The position numbers and the translations under genes were made by a program. Below are positions 40,272 through 48,704 of a DNA stretch of 64,000 nucleotides, piece by piece. Within the stretch, counting starts at the first letter, position 1. The number at the start of each line of letters is the position of its first letter. The notes below the pieces were generated by a model. That model searched no databases. It worked only from the letters and a program-made list of their open reading frames with translations, and was not told the origin of the DNA. The stretch is from positions 62,001-126,000 of the IMG/VR virus record IMGVR_UViG_3300042540_001399, one strand, 5' to 3'.

Positions 40272-40864
40272 TGGATATTATAGAATACGGTAATTTCAAT
40301 ACTGAGTTTGTTTCAAACCAAAAAAAACAAATAATTTTATTACATTCAGGAAGAAATTCTGAAAATTATATAACATCCTTGAAATACAGACATAATGGAT
40401 CATATAGTAAAATACCTAACTATTTTGTTGATCGTGAAGGTAAAGTTGTAAAACTACTTGAGGACAATCAATACTCAAAATTTTTTTATAAAAATGAAAT
40501 TAACAAGAAGGCAATATTTGTTTGTTTAGAAAATTTAGGGTGGTTAGAAAAACAACCATTAAAAAATGGATACATAAACTGGATTGGCAATATTTATAAT
40601 AGTGTTGTTGTACAAAAAAAATGGAGGGACTACTACTATTGGCAACCATATACTGAAGAACAATTAAAATCGACTTCAGAACTATGTTTGAAATTATGTA
40701 ATAATAACTCAATAAAAATCCAAGTTTTAGGTCACAACACTAAGATAAATGGGATAGAAAATTTTGAAGGAATAGTGACAAGAAGTAATTTTCTAACAGA
40801 AATAACCGATCTGAGTCCGGCTTTCGACTTTGAATTATTTGAAAAACAAATTAAAAATGAATAG
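40271..40864 (+). CDS. N-acetylmuramoyl-L-alanine amidase (Amidase_2-like, endolysin candidate)
   Basis: IILLHSG, NYFVDREGKVVKLL, VCLENLG, LGHN, DLSPAFDF give the H/E/H/D layout of AmpD/T7-lysozyme-like amidases. Confidence 0.7.
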   Translation: MDIIEYGNFNTEFVSNQKKQIILLHSGRNSENYITSLKYRHNGSYSKIPNYFVDREGKVVKLLEDNQYSKFFYKNEINKKAIFVCLENLGWLEKQPLKNGYINWIGNIYNSVVVQKKWRDYYYWQPYTEEQLKSTSELCLKLCNNNSIKIQVLGHNTKINGIENFEGIVTRSNFLTEITDLSPAFDFELFEKQIKNE

Positions 40865-41438
40865 ACACGAAGAAATTAAAAAACTACTTTCAGCATCTAG
40901 AACTTTATTAAATAAAGAATCACTAAGTGAAAGTACAGAAATACTTGATAAGTATTATGGTTTAATCAAAGAAGATTCAGAAGAAAAAGAATATGAAACG
41001 GCTGAGTTAGAAACAGACCTTGAAAGTGATACGCCTGAAGATAGGAAGTTTGAAAAGAAAAAAACTTATAGAATTTCAGGTGGTTTAATGACAATCAACG
41101 CTAAAGATAAAATGGGGTTACAACTTACTACAGATGACAAAACCGCATATCAAGAATCGATGGATGAGTTTGTTAGTGAAGTTTCTGAATTAGTAGATTT
41201 TAACACTTTGAACCTATATCAAAACAATGTTGAATGGTCCGGTAAAATACAAGATTTAGATATAGAATTCTTTTTTTCAATTGGAGAAACAAATGGTGTT
41301 TATATAAATGGGGACATGATAAACATAAATGATGAATTTGTTGAGTTCATTGGAAAACTTAGAAGTTACTATGAAAAATTTAAAGCTAAATGGTCAAAGG
41401 TTATTGCCAATAGAAAAAAAACACCAAGTGAAAAATGA
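40857..41438 (+). CDS. Hypothetical acidic protein (likely start 40857)
   Basis: ATGA overlap with the amidase stop. Confidence 0.6.
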   Translation: MNRHEEIKKLLSASRTLLNKESLSESTEILDKYYGLIKEDSEEKEYETAELETDLESDTPEDRKFEKKKTYRISGGLMTINAKDKMGLQLTTDDKTAYQESMDEFVSEVSELVDFNTLNLYQNNVEWSGKIQDLDIEFFFSIGETNGVYINGDMININDEFVEFIGKLRSYYEKFKAKWSKVIANRKKTPSEK

Positions 41439-41788
41439 AAAAGTTTCTGATAAAAAATTATAAAGATGTCTTATTAGTTGTTTTAACTCTGTTATTAACA
41501 ATCATACTTGTGAAGTTATTCAGACCGGTAGAAGATAGGTCAGAATTACTCAAGTATAAATTAGAACAACTCGATCAGAACATTAATAAGATGAAGGAAT
41601 TACAATTAAAGTTGAACGATTCTATAGTTTCTTATAAAAAAGACATTGAAAAAATAGATCAAAATATATCAAAAATTAAGTTCGAAAAAAATGTAATAAA
41701 TAATTATTATGAACAGAAAAAAGAAAAAATAGAAGGTATGGGAAAAAAAGAAATTGACAGCACCTTTAAACAAAGATACAAATATTAA
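41435..41788 (+). CDS. N-terminal TM + coiled-coil protein (spanin-like candidate)
   Basis: VLLVVLTLLLTIILVKLF followed by heptad coiled coil. Located near the amidase. Confidence 0.5.
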   Translation: MKKFLIKNYKDVLLVVLTLLLTIILVKLFRPVEDRSELLKYKLEQLDQNINKMKELQLKLNDSIVSYKKDIEKIDQNISKIKFEKNVINNYYEQKKEKIEGMGKKEIDSTFKQRYKY

Positions 41789-41790
41789 GT

Positions 41791-42207
41791 ATGAAAAAAT
41801 TTTTATTTACATTATTTATTTTTATTTCCTGTCTAAGTTACGGGCAAAAAAATTTACAAAAAGAAGATACGACAACAATATGTTTTCCTGTAAATGTAGG
41901 AAAACAAATACTTTTAGACTTGAACGAATTGGATAGATTGAAAAAACAATCATTAATGGATCAAAAAGAAATTAATCAGTTAGAATCGAAAGTAGAAAAA
42001 AAAGATACTATAATTGGGCTGTTAGAGCTAAAAGATAAAAACAATGAAATAATAATTAAAAATACTGAAGAAAAAGTAAAATTATTGGACGAAGAAAATA
42101 AAGAACTTAGAAAGGACATAAGAAAAATTAAAACAAAAAATACAGTTATAGAAATTGTTTCAGGATCAATAGTTGCGGCATTAACTTACGTATTAGTTTT
42201 TAAATAA
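41791..42207 (+). CDS. Signal peptide + coiled coil + C-terminal TM protein (spanin-like partner candidate)
   Basis: MKKFLFTLFIFISCLSYG-Q signal, coiled coil, IVSGSIVAALTYVLVFK tail. Confidence 0.5.
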   Translation: MKKFLFTLFIFISCLSYGQKNLQKEDTTTICFPVNVGKQILLDLNELDRLKKQSLMDQKEINQLESKVEKKDTIIGLLELKDKNNEIIIKNTEEKVKLLDEENKELRKDIRKIKTKNTVIEIVSGSIVAALTYVLVFK

Positions 42208-42210
42208 AAA

Positions 42211-42939
42211 ATGGAAGATTGGAAATCAGAAATACAAAAAAGTTTCTCTGATGTAATCGCTAAGGCTAGAGGTTACGAAGGTGGTGATCAAGTAGATCCT
42301 TCTTTAGCTATGCAATCCAAAAACGAACTATTATCAAACATACAAACAGAAGAAGAAAATGATAATGGTAAAAAAACTCATTATTTAGATTTCTTAAAAA
42401 ATAAAAGTGAAATTGGTGAAATTTACAAACTTATTAAAAACAAAAAATTATCCAATAACAAAATTAAACAAGAAATAAAAAATTACTTGAAAAACCCTGA
42501 AGACATAAAAACCTTCTTAGAAACTATTTTGGATAATAAAAAAACCAAAAAAGAAACTAAGGAAGCCACAGGAACAGGATCTGCTGGTGGATATGAGGCA
42601 CCTCTTTTTTCTGGCGAAGAACCTAAAAAAGTAGAAGCCACTGAAGCAACTGATTCTTCATCATCAGGGTCATACGTTACTACCGCGGCATGGGCTAAAT
42701 CTTTAAGTAAAAAAGATTGGAGAGGAAGATCAAAAACACAAATACCTGGAGGAAAATTCGTCCAAGTTAAAAAAAAATGTAAACGTTTCCCATATTGTAA
42801 TCAGGGTGATATCAAGGCTCTTAATATTTTTGAAAATAAAACATTGAACGGTGTAATAAAACGAATCAGTGATCGATATCAAATTCATGAAGATATTATA
42901 AAAGATATTATCCTGAGTGAAATGAATAAACTCCACTGA
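42211..42939 (+). CDS. Hypothetical protein (242 aa)
   Basis: Repeated EAT-x-x-S-x-G-x-Y motif (EATGTGSAGGY, EATDSSSSGSY) and CKRFPYCNQGD. Confidence 0.6.
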   Translation: MEDWKSEIQKSFSDVIAKARGYEGGDQVDPSLAMQSKNELLSNIQTEEENDNGKKTHYLDFLKNKSEIGEIYKLIKNKKLSNNKIKQEIKNYLKNPEDIKTFLETILDNKKTKKETKEATGTGSAGGYEAPLFSGEEPKKVEATEATDSSSSGSYVTTAAWAKSLSKKDWRGRSKTQIPGGKFVQVKKKCKRFPYCNQGDIKALNIFENKTLNGVIKRISDRYQIHEDIIKDIILSEMNKLH

Positions 42940-42966
42940 TCATATATTTATAATAAAAACAAAAAA

Positions 42967-44397
42967 ATGAAAAACTATTCTAGATTTCTAAATGAAAAAT
43001 ATAATACGACAAAATTTAATAGACCTGGAAAGTCTTTTGATTATGTTGAAGAAGAAGAAACATCCGAAGGAAATGCTTTCACAAAAATGTTGAAAAACAC
43101 AAAAAAAGGGGATAAATTTTCTTTGAATGGTAAAGAATATACTGATAGATCATCATTAGATGAAGAACCAATTTATGAAATTGAAGTCAACGATGGTGAA
43201 ATGTGTGAATGTGGTGGTCAAATGATGGAAGGTGAATGTACAGAATGTGGATACATGAAAGAATCTGAAATGAATGAAAAACTTCATGGAAATCAATTCA
43301 AATTGGACAAAAACAAAAACGGTAAAATTGATAAGTCAGACTTTGATTTATTAAGGAAAAGTAAAAAAAATATGAACGAAATTTCTGATGAGTTTGATTA
43401 TGAAATGCAAGAACCATGTCCTCATTGTAATGGTACGGGATATAACGAGTTTGATGATGTTGAATGCGAATGGTGTGATGGGACTGGTGAATATGATGAA
43501 TATGGGGATTTAAAAATTTCTGACGACATGCCAGATTATAAAACCAATTGGAAAATGCCTGAAGACGATTTTAATACAGATAGTAGTGATATTGTTTATG
43601 AAATAGAAATTGACGAAGACATGTATGATAACGCCGAAAAAACAACAGATTTTTGGAATCCTGGAAAAAAAGAATTGAGAACTAAAATGTATGAATACGA
43701 AATTTTTAATGAAAGATTAGGTAGATCAATTCGACTTACAGAAGAACAAGTCGTTAATTTAATTGAAAATTTGGCGGAAGAAAAAATGAAACCCGCCAAA
43801 AAAACTAGAGGATACACTGAATATGAAAGATCATTCAAAAAATCTGGAGACGAAAATCAAGACTATTATAAAGAGGTTGGGCAAAAAATGAAAAAATATG
43901 CTAAAGATGGGTCAATGGAAGATTTCACTATGGACGCAAAACATTTTCCTATGGGTAATGGTGAATTGAAAAAGATGGATAAAATGGCATATGTTCCATC
44001 AGACAGTGTGGCGGAATATGTAGAAAACTTTACAGCGGCGGCACTTGAAAACATTGATTATGATGAATTTGCTCCTAATGAAGAATGGGTAAAAGACAAC
44101 ATTGTCGGTTCTTCAAGAACAGGTAACAATCCTGAATGGGGCAATGCGGTCGAAACACCAACAAACAAAAAAAGAAACGAAATTAGAGAAAAAAATATGT
44201 TGGCTCAAATAAAAAGGAAGGCATATAATAAATCCGCACAACCTGTGGTTAAAGATAGACCAGGAAATGATGATGCATCCGATTTACTAAATAAAGTTGA
44301 AAAAGGTGAAAAGGCCGTATCAAAAAAGTCAAAAAAAGTTAATGAAAATATTGAAAGAATTGCTGGTTTGATTACCTACAATTCCAAAACACAATAA
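42967..44397 (+). CDS. Acidic mosaic protein, putative prohead core/internal head protein (476 aa)
   Basis: N-terminus MKNYSRFLNE, CECGG..CTECG, EF-hand-like DKNKNGKIDKSDF, two CxxCxGxG repeats, many (I/L/M)xE sites, own TATTTAT motif. Confidence 0.5.
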   Translation: MKNYSRFLNEKYNTTKFNRPGKSFDYVEEEETSEGNAFTKMLKNTKKGDKFSLNGKEYTDRSSLDEEPIYEIEVNDGEMCECGGQMMEGECTECGYMKESEMNEKLHGNQFKLDKNKNGKIDKSDFDLLRKSKKNMNEISDEFDYEMQEPCPHCNGTGYNEFDDVECEWCDGTGEYDEYGDLKISDDMPDYKTNWKMPEDDFNTDSSDIVYEIEIDEDMYDNAEKTTDFWNPGKKELRTKMYEYEIFNERLGRSIRLTEEQVVNLIENLAEEKMKPAKKTRGYTEYERSFKKSGDENQDYYKEVGQKMKKYAKDGSMEDFTMDAKHFPMGNGELKKMDKMAYVPSDSVAEYVENFTAAALENIDYDEFAPNEEWVKDNIVGSSRTGNNPEWGNAVETPTNKKRNEIREKNMLAQIKRKAYNKSAQPVVKDRPGNDDASDLLNKVEKGEKAVSKKSKKVNENIERIAGLITYNSKTQ

Positions 44398-44434
44398 TTT
44401 ACATAATTTTATATTACCGTATAATTATCCATAG

Positions 44435-44908
44435 ATGACCTCTATGGATAATTTTTTTAATTACATATCAAAACCAATCAATAAAGAAGACATTGATTTA
44501 TGGTTCAGAATAAATAATATTTTACCTGAAAAATTAGAATTATATTACGATTTTTCGTATTCCCTTTACGATTTAATAAGAAAAACTTTTTTGGGTGAGG
44601 AAGACAATAGCGAAACCAAAATTCAAATGTCTGAAGAAGACATCGTGAACCACTTCAAGTGGTGTTGGAATAAAACAATCGAAAGTTTTGAAAAAGAAGG
44701 AATTATTTTTACAAATGAAGGAGATCATTTGAAATACTTCAAGTCATTTTTTATTGAAATATTTTATAAACAAGAAGATAAAAAAATCAAAGAGTCTATT
44801 GGTGAATTTTTTGATGATATTTTTAACATAGAAAAAACATTTACCCAATCTGATTTAGATATTATGTTGAACATATATAAATCTTTAGATAACAATTTAA
44901 GTATTTAA
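44435..44908 (+). CDS. Hypothetical protein (157 aa)
   Basis: Clean ORF with upstream TTTACA-N16-TATAAT (44398-44425). Confidence 0.6.
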   Translation: MTSMDNFFNYISKPINKEDIDLWFRINNILPEKLELYYDFSYSLYDLIRKTFLGEEDNSETKIQMSEEDIVNHFKWCWNKTIESFEKEGIIFTNEGDHLKYFKSFFIEIFYKQEDKKIKESIGEFFDDIFNIEKTFTQSDLDIMLNIYKSLDNNLSI

Positions 44909-44969
44909 ATGTTTACATAAACATCATAATTAATATGTTTAACATTAAATAAACCTATAATATTTAAAA

Positions 44970-45140
44970 ATGGAAACACTTGAACAAATTAAAGTTTTGA
45001 CAGAACAATTGAGCGTGGATACAACCAAATTCTTTGCTGGTAACAAAAGTGCTGGTACAAGAGCTAGAAAATCAGCACAAGAACTGAAATCTTTATTACA
45101 ACAATTAAGAGGTGAAATTTTAGAAAGTAAAAGGGCTTAA
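44970..45140 (+). CDS. Histone H1-like (Hc1-family-like) small nucleoid protein, 56 aa (not in ORF track)
   Basis: METLEQIKVLTEQLSVDTTKFFAGNKSAGTRARKSAQELKSLLQQLRGEILESKRA. GNK(S/A)AGTRARK is the hallmark of Bacteroidota/Chlamydia Hc1-like proteins. Confidence 0.75.
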   Translation: METLEQIKVLTEQLSVDTTKFFAGNKSAGTRARKSAQELKSLLQQLRGEILESKRA

Positions 45141-45141
45141 T

Positions 45142-45336
45142 ATGACTAATATCGATACGTTATATTTGTTTGTATTTATATTTTCGATTATATCAATAAC
45201 TAGAATTTTTCTAAAATTTATTATTTCCCTATTACAGACAGATCCTAAACCTATTTTGTTTAGTAATAGGGAAATCTTTCTTTATGGTTTATTTTTAACT
45301 TATATAATAACATTTCTAATACAAAACAACAAATGA
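45142..45336 (+). CDS. Small 2-TM membrane protein
   Basis: Two hydrophobic helices. Coupled to both neighbours. Confidence 0.6.
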   Translation: MTNIDTLYLFVFIFSIISITRIFLKFIISLLQTDPKPILFSNREIFLYGLFLTYIITFLIQNNK

Positions 45337-45755
45337 GTTTATTTAAAGAATTTAACATTCTATTTCCGTATTTACAATCGGTAAGAAAAATGAAAAACTA
45401 TCTATCTTTTGATATAGAATTTCCAAATACTTGGAAATTACCAAAAAAGTTTGTAGATGAAAAAAGTGTTGTTGAAAACGACCCAACCAACGTCGGTGTA
45501 AGATTTTTTTCTTTTGTAACTCAGTTCAATGAACAATCTGTAGAAAATCAAATATCTAATATAAAAAACATTATTGCTTACAATAAAGAAAGAGAAGAAA
45601 AAGATCGACTATTTCAACAGAAGATAGATGAACTAAAACACATATTTGAAAAACAAAAGTTAAATGATCTACAAGGACTAAAATTTGAAATTAATAATCC
45701 TAAAATAGAATTAGAAGATGACGAAGAAGAAAACCAAGTTGGAAGCGGAAATTGA
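45333..45755 (+). CDS. Hypothetical protein (140 aa)
   Basis: ATGA coupling with the upstream gene. Confidence 0.6.
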   Translation: MSLFKEFNILFPYLQSVRKMKNYLSFDIEFPNTWKLPKKFVDEKSVVENDPTNVGVRFFSFVTQFNEQSVENQISNIKNIIAYNKEREEKDRLFQQKIDELKHIFEKQKLNDLQGLKFEINNPKIELEDDEEENQVGSGN

Positions 45756-45918
45756 TTGGTTGAAAAGTGAAATAGAAAAAGACAAAAATGATCTTGATAT
45801 TGAAAAACACAATTTAATTGCTGAAATTAAAAAACTAAAAAAAGAAGATATATTACCAAAAAAACCTGAAAAACTAAGTGTATGGGAGAAGATGAAAAAA
45901 ATATTAATGATATCTTAG
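45718..45918 (+). CDS. Hypothetical coiled-coil protein (66 aa)
   Basis: Fills the gap between neighbours with short overlaps. Confidence 0.5.
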   Translation: MTKKKTKLEAEIDWLKSEIEKDKNDLDIEKHNLIAEIKKLKKEDILPKKPEKLSVWEKMKKILMIS

Positions 45919-46208
45919 AAAAATTGTTAGTTGTTACTGAAGCGGCTAATGAAATTTTCCCAGAAGGAAAACCGATCTTGGTTTATGAATTGAATGATCA
46001 AGATTTCAAAAAAGTACAAAGTAATTTTAGAAAAATTGATATAAATAAATTAAGATTTAAAATAGATATTTCAGGTACAGAAATAGTTTTTGTTAATACA
46101 AAAGTTTACGAAGAAACAAAAGACGAAGAAGTAAAGAATGAAAAAAAACCAAGTTTTTTCAAAAGATTATTCTTTCGTAAAAGTAGTGAATCTTCTGTAA
46201 AGAAATGA
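45882..46208 (+). CDS. Hypothetical protein (108 aa)
   Basis: Clean ORF ending KKPSFFKRLFF. Confidence 0.5.
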   Translation: MGEDEKNINDILEKLLVVTEAANEIFPEGKPILVYELNDQDFKKVQSNFRKIDINKLRFKIDISGTEIVFVNTKVYEETKDEEVKNEKKPSFFKRLFFRKSSESSVKK

Positions 46209-46805
46209 TTTGTTAATTCCTTTTGATTCTAAAATATTATATAAATATTTTTTTTGTTCTTTAGAAGAATCTTTGACTAAAATACAATCCAACCTGTTAT
46301 TACTTATCAAGTAAGATTCCAATACATCCATAAACCTTGAACACTCGTCGATAGACTTCAATGAAATCAAATTGACATCATTATCATTTTGTATCGCGAC
46401 TTTATTGTTCAATTTTGAAACTAACTTTATGTTTGATTTAGGTAAATATTTTTTTACAAAAGAATCAAAATTAATTTTAGATTTTTCCTGAACGTCATAA
46501 ACTTCTTCATGAATATTATATTTCGAAATTTTACTTAATCTATAGTTAGTATCGTCGAGATCAACTTTTACCTGCCTTCCGAGTTCATCTTTTACAAAGT
46601 ATAAATCAAAATTTGTACTACCCGATTCCAAAAAACCAATTTCGTAATCACACAATTTTCCATTTTCAAAACGTTTAGGAAAATTCACTGAATTGCTAGT
46701 TTGTAGTAAAAAATCAAAGTATTTTAATGCTCTTTCTTTATTCAAAAATTTATTTAGAATCTTTTTTCTTTTTTTATTTTTGAATAGTACTATTAGATAT
46801 TTCAT
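46167..46805 (-). CDS. Hypothetical basic protein (likely start 46805)
   Basis: MKYLIVLFKNKK follows an A-rich leader. The longer start at 46937 would overlap dnaJ. Confidence 0.6.
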   Translation of the reverse strand: MKYLIVLFKNKKRKKILNKFLNKERALKYFDFLLQTSNSVNFPKRFENGKLCDYEIGFLESGSTNFDLYFVKDELGRQVKVDLDDTNYRLSKISKYNIHEEVYDVQEKSKINFDSFVKKYLPKSNIKLVSKLNNKVAIQNDNDVNLISLKSIDECSRFMDVLESYLISNNRLDCILVKDSSKEQKKYLYNILESKGINKSFLYRRFTTFTKE

Positions 46806-46849
46806 TTTTTTTATCCTATAATTTAAAATATACAAGAAAAAAACAATAA

Positions 46850-47773
46850 ATGAACGCTGAAAATCATTACTCTGTTTTAGGGGTTGAAGAAACCGCAACT
46901 CAAGAAGAAATAAAAAAAGCTTATAGAAAATTGGCAAAAGAAAATCATCCCGATAAAGGTGGGGATGAAGAATTATTTAAAAAAATTTCCGTGGCATATG
47001 ATGTAGTTGGTGATGAACAAAAAAGAAAAGAATACGACATACAAAGAAAAAATCCGTTTGCCGGGTCCAACTTCAGGGATTTTAGTAGTATGTTTAATAT
47101 GTTTAATCAGAATTTTAGACAACAACAGAAACCTTCAAGAATTATTACACTTTCTGTAGATGTTATAAAAAGTTTCATGAATGAAAAAGTTAACTTGAAT
47201 TATCAAAGAAAAGAAAAGTGTGATCCATGTAATGGTACTGGTGGGGACAAACGATCATGTGCCACTTGTAAAGGTGAAGGTGTTTTATGGGCACAAGTTG
47301 GTAGTGGGATGTTTGTTCAGATGGTACAAAAGATTTGTACTTCATGTAATGGTTTTGGTCATACATTGATTAATGCATGTCATGTTTGTAAAGGTGATGG
47401 TAATAAAGATGAGGTAAAAAGTGTTGAACTTAGAATACCACATGGGATTGATGATGGTCAAATGATGCGTTTACAAAACATGGGAGATTTCGAAAATGGT
47501 ATTTACGGTGATCTTTTAGTTAAAATAACATTAACAAATGAAAGTGGTTTTGAAAAGTTTGGTGAACACCTATTATATAATAAATATTTCACATTGGACG
47601 ATCTCAATCAGGAAAATTTTGTTATCCCACATCCACAAGGTGAAATAATGGTTAATTTTCCAAAACAAATGGATACATCAAAACCATTAAGACTTAAAGG
47701 AAAAGGATTTAAAGGTAGAAACGTTATTGGGGATCTACTTGTCAAACAATTTTTAAAATATGAAAGAAGTTAG
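46850..47773 (+). CDS. dnaJ: DnaJ chaperone (J domain, Zn finger, C-terminal domain)
   Basis: HYSVLGV...[13 protein letters not shown]. Four CxxCxGxG-type repeats. [21 protein letters not shown]. Confidence 0.92.
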   Translation: MNAENHYSVLGVEETATQEEIKKAYRKLAKENHPDKGGDEELFKKISVAYDVVGDEQKRKEYDIQRKNPFAGSNFRDFSSMFNMFNQNFRQQQKPSRIITLSVDVIKSFMNEKVNLNYQRKEKCDPCNGTGGDKRSCATCKGEGVLWAQVGSGMFVQMVQKICTSCNGFGHTLINACHVCKGDGNKDEVKSVELRIPHGIDDGQMMRLQNMGDFENGIYGDLLVKITLTNESGFEKFGEHLLYNKYFTLDDLNQENFVIPHPQGEIMVNFPKQMDTSKPLRLKGKGFKGRNVIGDLLVKQFLKYERS

Positions 47774-47928
47774 AAAGAACTAATAATGTCCTGTACTAAT
47801 CTTACTGCCCCATATATAGAAAGACCTAATAAAACTATACCAAAAGTGACCAAAAATAATTGTAATTTTTCTTGTCCTTTATTACATTTTCTACATCCTG
47901 TAACTTGTGTTGCTTCTTTTTTTTCCAT
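47770..47928 (-). CDS. Small membrane protein with CxxC (52 aa, not in ORF track)
   Basis: [52 protein letters not shown]. Confidence 0.6.
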   Translation of the reverse strand: MEKKEATQVTGCRKCNKGQEKLQLFLVTFGIVLLGLSIYGAVRLVQDIISSF

Positions 47929-47935
47929 ATAATAA

Positions 47936-48442
47936 TTATAATATTACAGTCCTTAAATGAAAATACTTTTCTAACATAACTTTTCTTGATTGAAGAACAT
48001 CTTTACCGTATAGTTTTAGATAAGTACCATTATCAGAAAATGTACTTGACACAATTAAAAATGTATTATCATCACTTCTTGCAAGTATGAATTCAATATA
48101 GTCAAATACGTGTTCATCTTTATTATCTTCTCTTTTAAATACAAATTTTATTTTTTTTTCTGTTGGATCTTTAGAAAATTCATATAAAATTTTTTTATAT
48201 TTATCACGAATTATATCAGAAAGCATAGTATTAGGTACTCCAACTCTTGTATGAATCTTACTACCTGAATAAATTGCATTTAAAATTATATCTTTTATTT
48301 CCCCATAACTTAAATTACTTTTTCTATCTGAAGTTTGATGAGTTGTTGCAATAAATTTTGGACCTTCAGGCGCAGTAAAAAGTTTATGGTGTTTACCACG
48401 ATTTTCTATTATTATACTTTTAAGTACACTTAATACTTTCAT
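47936..48442 (-). CDS. Hypothetical protein (likely start 48442)
   Basis: MKVLSVLKSIIIEN leader. TATTTAT at 48448-48454 on the minus strand. Confidence 0.6.
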   Translation of the reverse strand: MKVLSVLKSIIIENRGKHHKLFTAPEGPKFIATTHQTSDRKSNLSYGEIKDIILNAIYSGSKIHTRVGVPNTMLSDIIRDKYKKILYEFSKDPTEKKIKFVFKREDNKDEHVFDYIEFILARSDDNTFLIVSSTFSDNGTYLKLYGKDVLQSRKVMLEKYFHLRTVIL

Positions 48443-48465
48443 TAGTAATAAATAGCACAAAAAAT

Positions 48466-48490
48466 AAAAAAGGGGACAAAGTCCCCCTTT
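48466..48490 (-). terminator. Intrinsic terminator
   Basis: ggggac-aaa-gtcccc stem followed by a T-run on the minus strand. Confidence 0.8.
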
Positions 48491-48514
48491 ATGTTTTTCC
48501 TGTTAGGAAGGTAA

Positions 48515-48586
48515 TTAACCTGTCTCTAATAACCGTAAGATGACATCACGACTTGCGTTTTTTAAATGGTGTACCAAATCATCCAT
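48515..48586 (-). other. Short transcription unit: 23-aa micropeptide (MDDLVHHLKNASRDVILRLLETG) or sRNA
   Basis: Bounded by a full Bacteroidota-type promoter (48617-48647) and a terminator (48466-48490). Confidence 0.45.
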
Positions 48587-48616
48587 TTTGTTTAGTGGTT
48601 AACCACATCAACAATA

Positions 48617-48647
48617 CAAAGATAGTGGTTTTTTATTAATATCCAAA
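48617..48647 (-). promoter_or_regulatory. Bacteroidota sigmaA-type promoter TTTG-N19-TATCTTTG
   Basis: Both -33 and -7 elements at canonical spacing. Confidence 0.7.
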
Positions 48648-48669
48648 TAAATTATAAAAAAGTTTGATG

Positions 48670-48700
48670 TTGATTAATATGATTAAGTTTATTATTTTTT
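48670..48700 (+). promoter_or_regulatory. Candidate middle promoter TTGATT-N17-TATTTTTT
   Basis: Same architecture as the other DNA-metabolism promoters. Confidence 0.45.
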
Positions 48701-48704
48701 ATAC

